A DNA stretch of 64,000 bases, from positions 54,974 through 118,973 of IMG/VR virus record IMGVR_UViG_3300027769_000875. One strand, 5' to 3'. The notes under the pieces were generated by a model, which saw only the letters and a program-made list of their open reading frames with translations, had not been told where the DNA came from and did not search any database. A program made the position numbers and the translations under genes. This DNA comes from a virus. This document shows, in pieces, positions 19,579 through 29,374 of the stretch. The first letter of the stretch is position 1; every line of letters starts with the position of its first letter.

Positions 19579-21669
19579 TTAAAAAAACTTACGCAATTTT
19601 CCTATATTTCCTCCATATTTGGCCATCTGAATATCAGAACCAAACACATCATTTTTACCTTTGCCAGAATCAGCAAGAAGATTAAATAGATTTGCCAAAG
19701 ACTTGTTATCTTTTTTCAATCTATAAATTCTATAAATATCATCAATAAAGTTAGGACTGTTTTTATCTAAATAACCTTTTTGTTCTGCTTCTTTTAACAT
19801 TTCATCAACTTTTTCTTCAGTGATCACATCTGTTGGTTGCAAGTTAAATAATTGTCTTGCTACATTTATATTTGAATGTATGTTATCTTCAGATGGTGTT
19901 GTAGAATAGTCATAATTTTGCTCTAATATTTCTTCTTGTTTAGAGTCTTTTGGATCTAATTTGCCTTCTGAAATAGCTCTACTACGAAAGTCTTCCCATG
20001 GCATTAAGGTTTCACCTAGTAGATTTGAATAAAACTTTTGATATTTTGTATCTTCAAAAAATGGTTCATTCATCCCTGTAGTCCATTCGTGTATCATTGT
20101 TGATTTTTGTTTGATTGGATTTGATAACTCATCTTTTCTAACACGAATGCTTCCTAATGCGCCATCTTCACCGTACACATATTCACCAACAGCATTTGGA
20201 TCTGCAAGAGGACCTGTATACTCAATTGGAGTTAGAGGTTGACCTTCTTCAATTTCACCATATTGTTGTTGCATTTGTGGAATAACTGTATTCATTAATT
20301 TCACATGTAATTCTGCATCTTTTGGATTTTCTGGATTACCAATTGCTTCAAGATACGCTGGATCAGTTAAAATTTTAGAACGATTGTCATACCAGTTCTT
20401 CATGTACTCTGTTGTCTCTAATGATTCTGGTGTAACTGTTCCCTCTATGGGAACACATACTTGGTATGTGTCATCCCACTCATACCCTTCCTTACAATCA
20501 GAAGGACCCATCATGCCACCCATTGCTTTTCTACGTAACTTGCGTTCTTGCTCTATCATCTCACGTGTAGGTTTTCTACCTGAACCTTTGTTTGCTCTTA
20601 TGTTGTCCCATAGTCCTCTTTGAGAATAAGAACCATCAGCACGTTTGATCATCTCTCCACCTTTTCTGTATTCTTGATTAAATGCTGGTGAAACTTGTTT
20701 ATAGTGCTCTGCAAAGTATTGTGCCTCAGCTGGATTATTAAATCTCATTGCTTCATTAGATTCAGAACCATAGTCACCAAGCATTAATTGGCCATTTTGA
20801 TTTTGTATCTGTGGAACAGCATAATCATCCATACTTGCCATATAATGAGTACCTGTCATACCATTTCCAAAATCATATGGATTATCTGGAGCAACTATCA
20901 TTCTTTTTGCAGCAGGATTACCAAACTCATTTGCATATGCAAGTTTTGATTTCATCATGCCTGTCACATAACCTTGTAAATGTTCAGGAACTTGAATTTC
21001 ATACTCTCCTGGTTCATTGTGATAATCTACAACAGCTTGACCTTCAGGTGTAGTTTCTCTCCAGTTTTTATACTGGTTAAGCGCATTTTGCAACATGTTA
21101 TAATCTTCCAATGTCCAACTTGCAGGATTACCTACTTGTGATTCAATTGATTTAATGTACTCTTCCCATTGTTCTGGAGAAGAAGGAATGGTTCCACCAT
21201 ACTCCATATTGTTAAGAATCTTATTCTGCACGTAATTTGGCAAAGCATTAAACCCAGGATTATTAATTGTACCACCTTCTTCTTTGGCAAAGTTTCTAGC
21301 AAAGTTTGCTTTCTTTACCATTGCTGATGAATAGTTATCTTTGTTTGCCAATATATGTGCAGCTGCTTCTTGTATGCCCATACCCATGCGTGTCGCTTGA
21401 GCTTTGAATGTTCCTTTTTTAGCAGGATCTAGATGTATACCACCACGCTTTGCTTGTTGATATGCTTGCTCCATGCTCATCTCTTCTTGAGGAGACATTT
21501 GTTGTTGCATACCAGGAACAAACTGACTAAGAGCTTGAGCTTGATTTTGCATAAGTGATTGTTTCAATTGATCTTTCAATTGTTTTTCTTGCTGAACTTC
21601 TGCTTGTCTTTTACCAAAGTTAGCTAATACATCAGCTATTGTCCATTTGTTAGGATTGTTTGAACTCAT
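19579..21669 (-). CDS. Modular virion protein (696 aa) with GG-delimited cassettes and a degenerate zincin-like C-terminal domain
   Basis: KRGG/EEGG/EYGG/YRKGG/AMGG/KYGG delimit short modules. STMIHEWTTG resembles HExxH lacking the second His. Confidence 0.6.
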   Translation of the reverse strand: MSSNNPNKWTIADVLANFGKRQAEVQQEKQLKDQLKQSLMQNQAQALSQFVPGMQQQMSPQEEMSMEQAYQQAKRGGIHLDPAKKGTFKAQATRMGMGIQEAAAHILANKDNYSSAMVKKANFARNFAKEEGGTINNPGFNALPNYVQNKILNNMEYGGTIPSSPEQWEEYIKSIESQVGNPASWTLEDYNMLQNALNQYKNWRETTPEGQAVVDYHNEPGEYEIQVPEHLQGYVTGMMKSKLAYANEFGNPAAKRMIVAPDNPYDFGNGMTGTHYMASMDDYAVPQIQNQNGQLMLGDYGSESNEAMRFNNPAEAQYFAEHYKQVSPAFNQEYRKGGEMIKRADGSYSQRGLWDNIRANKGSGRKPTREMIEQERKLRRKAMGGMMGPSDCKEGYEWDDTYQVCVPIEGTVTPESLETTEYMKNWYDNRSKILTDPAYLEAIGNPENPKDAELHVKLMNTVIPQMQQQYGEIEEGQPLTPIEYTGPLADPNAVGEYVYGEDGALGSIRVRKDELSNPIKQKSTMIHEWTTGMNEPFFEDTKYQKFYSNLLGETLMPWEDFRSRAISEGKLDPKDSKQEEILEQNYDYSTTPSEDNIHSNINVARQLFNLQPTDVITEEKVDEMLKEAEQKGYLDKNSPNFIDDIYRIYRLKKDNKSLANLFNLLADSGKGKNDVFGSDIQMAKYGGNIGKLRKFF

Positions 21670-24600
21670 TATCTTGGGCTATTTAAATTTTTAACGTTTG
21701 TAAGTTTAAGAACCATCTTATTATCTCCACTTATATTCTTTCTCAAAATTACTCTATTACCATAATGTCTGAACTTTTTGTGTTCAAGTGGTGATTTATT
21801 GTAATCAACATAAGCTGGATTAATAAACTTTTTGACTCCTGCACATTCAGTATTCCACATTGGAAGTTTGGTTCCTGAGAACTCACCTCTATCATTTGTA
21901 ATATCCCAGAATGTATTGAATCTATACTTGTTTTCTTCTTTGGAATAAAGTATTTCAATATAGTCTGGCCCAATTACTGGATTTGCTAAGATGTCTAATG
22001 GATTACTTTTTTGCTTAATGCGCATTCTAAGAATCCCTGATATCTGCTCTGAATTGTAAAGGATTGCTCTATCAAAGTTTTCATCTAACACATGGAAATA
22101 ATCTTTACCATCATTGTAGAATTTATACACATCAAGATAGTATTCAAAACTTCTGAGAGTTGTAATTTGATTTGGTGTAACAATTGGATACTCAATTTCC
22201 CATGGATAGTTGGTATCATAGTAGTTACAGAAGCTATCCCAACGATCATTGTGTTTCCAAATGCTATCACCATTGATGGTATAGAAATTTTGATATGATG
22301 GCATCATTAATGTTGGAATCCAATCATGGAAACTAATCCACATTTTTGATTTTGGATCATAACTTACTGTCCAATTACATGGTTCAAAACATGTTGGATC
22401 ATCATATGCACATGGACATTGTTGCACAATTGCATTCAGTGTAACACTTACCTCACATAGTTTTTGATCTCCTTCAGCATTTTCTACAAGAATTGAATAT
22501 GTTGTATTTCCAGCTGGAGTGACTGTAAAACTTCCATTTAATGGCAATGTTCCAACACCATTATTCATCGTTACAGAAACAGCATTTTGTGTTGACCATG
22601 TAAGTGTTACAGATTGACCGTAATCAATATTAACTGCAGATATTCCAAGCTGACAATCAGGACAAGGACTACCAGGAATAATTGTAGTAATCTCACAAAG
22701 TGGAACATCACATCCGCTTTCTACCATTGTACTTCCAGTAGGACATACATAATGACCTTGGCTTTCAGGATCTGGAATTTCTTCTCCAATAAAATCTCTT
22801 GTAGAAAATATGATAAAAGGTTCTAAATCTGCTGGAGTTGGTCCACAATCTAAAGGAGATGTTGTGTATGGCGTAAGAAGTCCGCTTGATTGAAACTGTG
22901 TAAGTGTCATGTCATATATCTCACCAGCAAACGCTGCAATTGAATTATGATTACGTCCACACAATCTTATTGTTCTTGTACCTGCTGTTAGTGTAACAGG
23001 GAATACGTGCCAAGATGTAAATGGAACAGTGACACTGCTATCCTCTTGTCCAGCAGAATTACGTGCTGAAAGATATACCCATAAATTTCCATCAACATAT
23101 ATTTTTACTTCATTGTCACCAGCAATACCAATAAGATATTGTTTTGTTGTTGGTATTGTTGTACAAAAAGAAAAACATACGTCAGTGTCAAAAGGTTGTT
23201 GACCACCATTTGGCCATACTCCTGCAATATTCAATCTACCACGAGTTTGACCACCACATGCTCCACTTGTATTCCACAATTCATTTTGAACATTTACTAA
23301 TGGATTCACAGGTGCACCAACTCCATTCATGCCTCTAACCTTGTAGGTTGAGTTATTACCAACACCTTTTAATGGTTTTATTTCTGAGGTAATATCTGGA
23401 TATAATCTTATTCCAGACTTATTATATGCAGCATTATTTGTTGCCTCATCAATTTCAAGAGTTGCTCCTGTAAACTCTGCTGGCACAGTAGTTTCAATAA
23501 CACATTCACCATCTATAATAACAGCTTCTGGAGGACAACCACCTTCGCATGGTTCAATAACAGGTGGTTCATAAGGAATGTCACCAGGTGTAATTTCACC
23601 ACAGATATAATATGGAACACCATTTGGATCATCAAATAGCAAATCATTTCTCAAAGGTCTATAATCTTTTTTTGAGAAGTACACTAACTCATATGTTGAG
23701 TCATAAATTGCTTGAACGCCAATACCTGCAACAGGATTATCATACAAAGGATAGTTTGGATATACCTCCAACATTTTAGAAGGTAAATTTTCTGCAAACC
23801 AGAATTTTAAACCAGTACGCGATATTTCTTCTATTCCTGAACCATTTGATGTAAACACTTTACCTATGTCTTGTGAGACAAAGAATAACCCATATGGTGT
23901 ATTTATCGCAGCTCTTGATGATATAGAAGAGCCATATGCAAGAGCATCATCAGCGTTAACAAGACTCTGAAAGTTTTGTTGAAATAATCCACTGTCACCA
24001 ATTGTTACTTTTGTTCCACCTTGAGTTTGAAGTTGATCAACGCCTACAAATGTTGTAGGTTCTGCATCTTCAAATAAGATAAGAGCACCAGTTGCATTCA
24101 ATGGTTTGATAATGTTTACTTTACCATAGAAGTCTTTATAGTTAAGGGGTAGATAGTTTCTCCAGTTATCTCTTCTGAGTCCTGATCGTTGTTGTAATGA
24201 ATAGACACTTCTTCGTGGGTAGTATTCAAAACATGATGAATACAATTGTGGGTCATAGTCACGTGGTAATATTTGTCCCCAGTTTGCAAGGTTGTTAAAT
24301 AGTTTGGAACTACTAAGTGATAAGTCATATTTATAGTATGTTGGTTTAGAAATAATATCTGACCTAAACATTGTGCTTATGTCATTAAATGAAAAGCCAT
24401 ACACATCATAAAACTTTTGGAAATCCTCAAGTCCATAATCTCTATATGCCATGTTTAATTCTGACTCTGTAAAGTAATCACGTACACCATTATAGAATAA
24501 ATAAAACCAGTTATTTTTTCTAACTAATCTAAGTGTTGCACCATTATTACCTGGTGCATCTAATCTATAGTTATCAGATGGCGTAGTTGCATCTAAGTCA

Positions 24601-27515
24601 GGAAGAAGGTCTGTTGGAAAGTTCCAAGAAAATGTTAAATCAAAATCTGATGAATCAAAGTTTGCATAGTTTGCCCAATATCTAGGAGCAGGTCCATTTA
24701 CATAGTTTCTATAATCCCATTCTGTACCATCTAATTCACCAAGCATCCATGTGTTAAAAAAGAAATATGGATTCTTTTCTGTGTATCTATTAATATAGAC
24801 ATCTCCTCCAAAAATAGCTGAAGTAGAATAAGTTAAACCAACAGCTGGAGTTGTTTCATAAACACAAGAATCTGTTGGTATTTGAACAATGCCATAGAGT
24901 TGTCCATATTGATTTTGATAATCAACTTTTATTGCACCATAATATTGACATATACTTGATGTAAATTCACCAAAAGGATCTTTGTAAGTAATTCCGTTTA
25001 CAACACCATCTAAATCTTTTACGCGTTTTTTAGAGTTATCTGCTGATGCTGGATTTGGTAAATCAGCTGTCAGTTTTAAACATAAAAATTTAGTTCTGTT
25101 TAAATTGTTTATTCTATATGAATTGTCAAAATCTTGAACATGCATTCCAATATATTTAATCATATTGTTTTGCACTTTTCTTCTAAAACATTTTGCGTAT
25201 CCTGAAGGAACACTGGTATTATTTACGTTTGCATAATTAGAATAGAAACCATGACTGTTATATTGCAATGCATAGTCTCTATAATTAGCCATATTGCGTA
25301 TCAAATCTAATACTACACTCATTCCTTTTGGAACCCAAAAACTAAGTTGTAGAATAAACTGAACAATACCTGCAACAGTACCAATTGCGTTAGCTTGACC
25401 ACCTGTTGAAATTGCTGATAATATACCACCACTAACTAAATCTGCAATAGTTGTAGCAGGTGCAGAATCACGAGTAGCATCTGCGTAAGGTGCACCACTA
25501 CCTACAGCAAGTGGAAAGTTACCACCTTTAATAGTTGACTTTCCTAGAGCTTCAATAAGTGCAATTCCTAAACCTACACCTACTGCTAATGTAAATGCAT
25601 TGTCTGTAAGTAATTTAAATCTAGGATGTTTGTATGGCAATTCGTATCTACCTGTGGATGTACCTTTTTCTTCAGTGTATATCTTTATGTAGTTTGTACC
25701 AAACGCAGGTCTTTCAAAATGAATCTCAGGAGAATGAAACGCAAGATAATTTTTCTTATATTTATTTAGCTTAGAAGCATCTTCCCAAGGTTCTTCATTC
25801 TCATTATTATCTAAGATTGTATAATCATCAGATAAAAATGGATCAGGTCTTAAGTCATTATATGGATAATTTTCAAATAATCCTTTTCTATTACCAATAG
25901 AACCATTTACATTGAACTCAACCATGTTGGAGAACAATCCTTTTGTGATAATAGATTTGTTATTCTCTCTTGAGCCTCTTAATATTTCGTATCCTACAAT
26001 ATCAGGAATTGGATTACCATTTGCATCAACTGGTGGTTCAATATTTGAAAACTCAACACCAAGAATTACAATTTTACTACCACCCTGATTATGTATATGA
26101 GTAGTCTCATTAGATGGCATCTTGTGGTGGCGTATAGGTTCATAACATAAATCACCCCATACCTCTGGATTAGTAGGATATCTTTCTACAGATTCCCAAT
26201 ATGCCATTTGACCTCTAGCAATAACAATACCTCCATCTTTTTCTACTCCTGATGCAGGTACAAAAGTTGAAGTATCATAAACTTGCCACGCTTTATTTTC
26301 TGTTGGGTCTACAACATCACTTGTTGTGATGTTTACTAAATCTGATGGGACTGCAGCTCTTCCTGGTATATGGTAAGATGCTGTTCTATTACCTGTATTG
26401 TATATCCATCTAATAAAAAATGAATAGACCTCATCACGCATATAGCCAACATGATTACCACCATTCCAGTAAAAATTAACGTCATATTCAACAGCAACCC
26501 AATTAGTACGTATCTTATTTGCTTGTATTTGATAGTTGATATATGGTTGAGTACTTACTCCACTTCTAATAAGATAGCCATTAACAGCAGCCATCTTCTC
26601 ACTACGCTCATATACAACATTTCTTAATGGTATATATGAAAGTGGCACAGTTTCCAAACTACCTTGAATAATATCAAGTACTACTGTTTTTTGATTAATG
26701 TTATAATAACCAATCTTTTTGGCAATAGCTTGTTGTGTGACAACTGAAATAATTACAAGTTCATACTCTTCATATTCTTCATCTAAATCAGATAGGTCAA
26801 TTTGAATACTTCCACCTTGACCACTATCTTGCCATAGTCCTTGAGGCACACTAGGCATTGAATACTCAGTCAAACGAATTCCATTTTCTGAATAAGCAAT
26901 GACTGCCATATAACTTCCATTATTCAATTGCCCAGCACCTAACGCTTTTCTAATAGTAACACATGGTTGTTGAATTAATGGATGCAAACGAATCTTATCA
27001 CAATCAAGTCTATCTGTACAAATCTCACCATCACAAGGATTGTCACTTGCAGGTTCGCAGATATAGGGAACCTCATTGATATTCATTGTTCTGTCTGGAT
27101 TTAGATTATCCTGCCAGTACGCTGAAAATGTACAGTCATAATTTTCTTTTACAAAAGCTGTAATAAGGTGTGTTGTGTTAAAATTTAAACAATCATCATT
27201 AATCACTTTTGCATAAGAACATCTTGACTCATCAAAAATTCCTATTTCAGAGCTTACATTATTTGTAGAGAAAATTAACCATTCTGTTTCTCTAATGAAA
27301 GCATATCCAATAATTGTGTATGGTGCTTCTGTACAATATCTGTTTGAAGGTTCATTACCTATTGAACCAGACTCACCATAGTGAGAGTTATTTATAGCAT
27401 TGATAGCATTGTACCAAAGACCCTCTGACATATAAATGTCAGTGTTGTCTTTATTCATTCCTTTATTAAAGGAATTTGTTTTAGAGTTTGATGTATTTTG
27501 GATTCCTTCAGCCAT
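21669..27515 (-). CDS. Tail muzzle/stabilisation protein (P22 gp10-like, crAss-type) with an inserted surface domain
   Basis: N-terminal SFNKGMNKD...GLWYNAINA, GYMRDEVYSFFIRW, FGGDVYINRY and C-terminal WTVSYDPKSKMWISFHDWIP are typical of crAss-like stabilisation proteins. It follows the ring-protein genes. Confidence 0.8.
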   Translation of the reverse strand: MAEGIQNTSNSKTNSFNKGMNKDNTDIYMSEGLWYNAINAINNSHYGESGSIGNEPSNRYCTEAPYTIIGYAFIRETEWLIFSTNNVSSEIGIFDESRCSYAKVINDDCLNFNTTHLITAFVKENYDCTFSAYWQDNLNPDRTMNINEVPYICEPASDNPCDGEICTDRLDCDKIRLHPLIQQPCVTIRKALGAGQLNNGSYMAVIAYSENGIRLTEYSMPSVPQGLWQDSGQGGSIQIDLSDLDEEYEEYELVIISVVTQQAIAKKIGYYNINQKTVVLDIIQGSLETVPLSYIPLRNVVYERSEKMAAVNGYLIRSGVSTQPYINYQIQANKIRTNWVAVEYDVNFYWNGGNHVGYMRDEVYSFFIRWIYNTGNRTASYHIPGRAAVPSDLVNITTSDVVDPTENKAWQVYDTSTFVPASGVEKDGGIVIARGQMAYWESVERYPTNPEVWGDLCYEPIRHHKMPSNETTHIHNQGGSKIVILGVEFSNIEPPVDANGNPIPDIVGYEILRGSRENNKSIITKGLFSNMVEFNVNGSIGNRKGLFENYPYNDLRPDPFLSDDYTILDNNENEEPWEDASKLNKYKKNYLAFHSPEIHFERPAFGTNYIKIYTEEKGTSTGRYELPYKHPRFKLLTDNAFTLAVGVGLGIALIEALGKSTIKGGNFPLAVGSGAPYADATRDSAPATTIADLVSGGILSAISTGGQANAIGTVAGIVQFILQLSFWVPKGMSVVLDLIRNMANYRDYALQYNSHGFYSNYANVNNTSVPSGYAKCFRRKVQNNMIKYIGMHVQDFDNSYRINNLNRTKFLCLKLTADLPNPASADNSKKRVKDLDGVVNGITYKDPFGEFTSSICQYYGAIKVDYQNQYGQLYGIVQIPTDSCVYETTPAVGLTYSTSAIFGGDVYINRYTEKNPYFFFNTWMLGELDGTEWDYRNYVNGPAPRYWANYANFDSSDFDLTFSWNFPTDLLPDLDATTPSDNYRLDAPGNNGATLRLVRKNNWFYLFYNGVRDYFTESELNMAYRDYGLEDFQKFYDVYGFSFNDISTMFRSDIISKPTYYKYDLSLSSSKLFNNLANWGQILPRDYDPQLYSSCFEYYPRRSVYSLQQRSGLRRDNWRNYLPLNYKDFYGKVNIIKPLNATGALILFEDAEPTTFVGVDQLQTQGGTKVTIGDSGLFQQNFQSLVNADDALAYGSSISSRAAINTPYGLFFVSQDIGKVFTSNGSGIEEISRTGLKFWFAENLPSKMLEVYPNYPLYDNPVAGIGVQAIYDSTYELVYFSKKDYRPLRNDLLFDDPNGVPYYICGEITPGDIPYEPPVIEPCEGGCPPEAVIIDGECVIETTVPAEFTGATLEIDEATNNAAYNKSGIRLYPDITSEIKPLKGVGNNSTYKVRGMNGVGAPVNPLVNVQNELWNTSGACGGQTRGRLNIAGVWPNGGQQPFDTDVCFSFCTTIPTTKQYLIGIAGDNEVKIYVDGNLWVYLSARNSAGQEDSSVTVPFTSWHVFPVTLTAGTRTIRLCGRNHNSIAAFAGEIYDMTLTQFQSSGLLTPYTTSPLDCGPTPADLEPFIIFSTRDFIGEEIPDPESQGHYVCPTGSTMVESGCDVPLCEITTIIPGSPCPDCQLGISAVNIDYGQSVTLTWSTQNAVSVTMNNGVGTLPLNGSFTVTPAGNTTYSILVENAEGDQKLCEVSVTLNAIVQQCPCAYDDPTCFEPCNWTVSYDPKSKMWISFHDWIPTLMMPSYQNFYTINGDSIWKHNDRWDSFCNYYDTNYPWEIEYPIVTPNQITTLRSFEYYLDVYKFYNDGKDYFHVLDENFDRAILYNSEQISGILRMRIKQKSNPLDILANPVIGPDYIEILYSKEENKYRFNTFWDITNDRGEFSGTKLPMWNTECAGVKKFINPAYVDYNKSPLEHKKFRHYGNRVILRKNISGDNKMVLKLTNVKNLNSPR

Positions 27516-27520
27516 TGCTT

Positions 27521-28690
27521 TTAAGTATAATATGGATGATAAGGCATGTAATTTTTAAACATGTCATAGTATCTGTGATACTGTGCTTTTCTATTTGTTT
27601 CCCATATCTGTTTCATTTCACCAAAGTCAGGAGTATTTATAAATCCTAAAGCTTTGTTTCTTGCTTCACGAAGTTTTCCAGACATAAGTTGCATAAGCTG
27701 TACAGTGTTTTCTCCAGCCTGAGCAAGGTTCTCATAAATTCTTTCTTTCAATGCATACTCATAGTACTCATCAGCATATGGATGACTGAGAACCATAAGA
27801 TCTCCTTTGTCAGTTTCCATTACACTTTCATACATAATCAGCACCTCACCTTCTTTAAAGTTTGTTTCTAAGAATCCATTCTTTAAGTACACATTGTAAT
27901 AATTGCGAGAATTTACGTCAGCGCAATCTGCAGATACTGAATTGTTTTTCACAATACCTAGTCTAAATAAATCTTTAAACTTTCTTGTTCTACCATTACA
28001 TCTGTCTATAACAACAGGATGTCCATTTTCATTAGTCAATGTTGTTTCATGACAAGGACTTGAATCTATTACACAAGGATTAGGTGGAATTGGACAAGGA
28101 TCTGGAGGACATGTTGCATCACAAGTTGCTTTAGAACCCATAACTGTAACAACTACACCGCTATATGTGGTTGTGTAATTAGAGATTAATTGTATTGTAT
28201 CTTGGTCAACTACAATAATCTCTAAGTTTAATAGATTATGATTTGCAGCAAGTGCTTGTACAATTACATAATTAGTTCCTAAGTTATGTGTAACTGTATT
28301 GATACCTGGCGCAATAGTCATAACCTTAGTACATTGCTCTACCATTTTTCTATAGATTTCAAATTCAGCTTGATATATACCATCTGCTACTCCTTGCTGA
28401 TATGTTTTGTAAGACCATAAAGGAGGTGTTTGAGTTTCAATTGAACCATTACACAACAATGCATGATTCAATACATAAAAATCAGATGGTAATTTTGCGC
28501 GATAATTAGATACTTCTAACATCTTAGTACGATTAGGATTTATTTTTAATCCTAAATCATAATTAACACGTTGAACAACTTTGATAAGAGTTTGATCATC
28601 AATCATTCCTTCAAGATCATACGTTCTTATATCAATTTTAACGCTGTCAAGAAGCTCATCAAATGTTCTATATTTAAGTTCTGTTTTCAT
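27521..28690 (-). CDS. Tail tubular/ring protein with an internal insertion
   Basis: YRAKLPSDFY...YYNVYLKNGFLETNFKEGEVLIMYES...YALK resembles crAss tail tubular proteins. Position directly before the muzzle gene. Confidence 0.7.
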   Translation of the reverse strand: MKTELKYRTFDELLDSVKIDIRTYDLEGMIDDQTLIKVVQRVNYDLGLKINPNRTKMLEVSNYRAKLPSDFYVLNHALLCNGSIETQTPPLWSYKTYQQGVADGIYQAEFEIYRKMVEQCTKVMTIAPGINTVTHNLGTNYVIVQALAANHNLLNLEIIVVDQDTIQLISNYTTTYSGVVVTVMGSKATCDATCPPDPCPIPPNPCVIDSSPCHETTLTNENGHPVVIDRCNGRTRKFKDLFRLGIVKNNSVSADCADVNSRNYYNVYLKNGFLETNFKEGEVLIMYESVMETDKGDLMVLSHPYADEYYEYALKERIYENLAQAGENTVQLMQLMSGKLREARNKALGFINTPDFGEMKQIWETNRKAQYHRYYDMFKNYMPYHPYYT

Positions 28691-28693
28691 TTA

Positions 28694-29374
28694 CTATGAT
28701 GTTGCACTTGTTGCTGACTGACCTGGATCAGATGGTATTTGAATCATCACACCTAAATCACGCATTACTAGTTGTTCAATTTCTGAGAATAAGAATTCTG
28801 GTACATTTATTTTCTGATCTGTAATAGCTAAACAGTCATCTGCTGTGTCACAAGTTAGTTTTGAAATATCATCTTCAAATACTCCTTCAATTCTTAGCGC
28901 ATCCCAGTCAAGATTTGGAAAATATAAATAACCATTCAAATACCAATAGTATTTTTTGTTATTGTACTTAAATGTACTTTGTTTAGAAATTTGCTGAAAT
29001 GTAGATGGAAATGTAGGCAGTAATTGATGAGATAAATCTAATGATGTAACAGCTCTTAGCAAAGGACCATAGTAACCTTCAATCATTCTTGGTAACTTAT
29101 CCTTGGTTCTTTTAAAATAACACCCTGTATCAACACCATAGCATTGTGCTTCAGCTTTGTCTACAGTAATCAATTCAATGTAATTAAGTGTTTGAAATAC
29201 ACTATTGAATTTCATTATGCGATTTAGATTATCTTGGCGATGCATGAAAAAACGTGCATGCTTCATAATCATAGAATACAAATATCTATCTGTGATATTT
29301 GCATCCTGCTTTACAGACTTAATCTGGTTACGCACTCTTGATATGGCTTGTCCAACTGTCATCTTAAAATTCAA
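28694..29374 (-). CDS. Tail ring/adaptor protein
   Basis: KYYWYLNGYLYFPN...IEGVFED motif, size and position typical of crAss ring proteins. Confidence 0.65.
   Translation of the reverse strand: MNFKMTVGQAISRVRNQIKSVKQDANITDRYLYSMIMKHARFFMHRQDNLNRIMKFNSVFQTLNYIELITVDKAEAQCYGVDTGCYFKRTKDKLPRMIEGYYGPLLRAVTSLDLSHQLLPTFPSTFQQISKQSTFKYNNKKYYWYLNGYLYFPNLDWDALRIEGVFEDDISKLTCDTADDCLAITDQKINVPEFLFSEIEQLVMRDLGVMIQIPSDPGQSATSATS

Noticed and set aside
19570-19590. Possible frameshift or readthrough at AAG TTT TTT TAA fusing the 696-aa and 1600-aa genes
   Set aside because: Both shifted frames hit stops within a few codons, and a second in-frame TAA precedes the next start.
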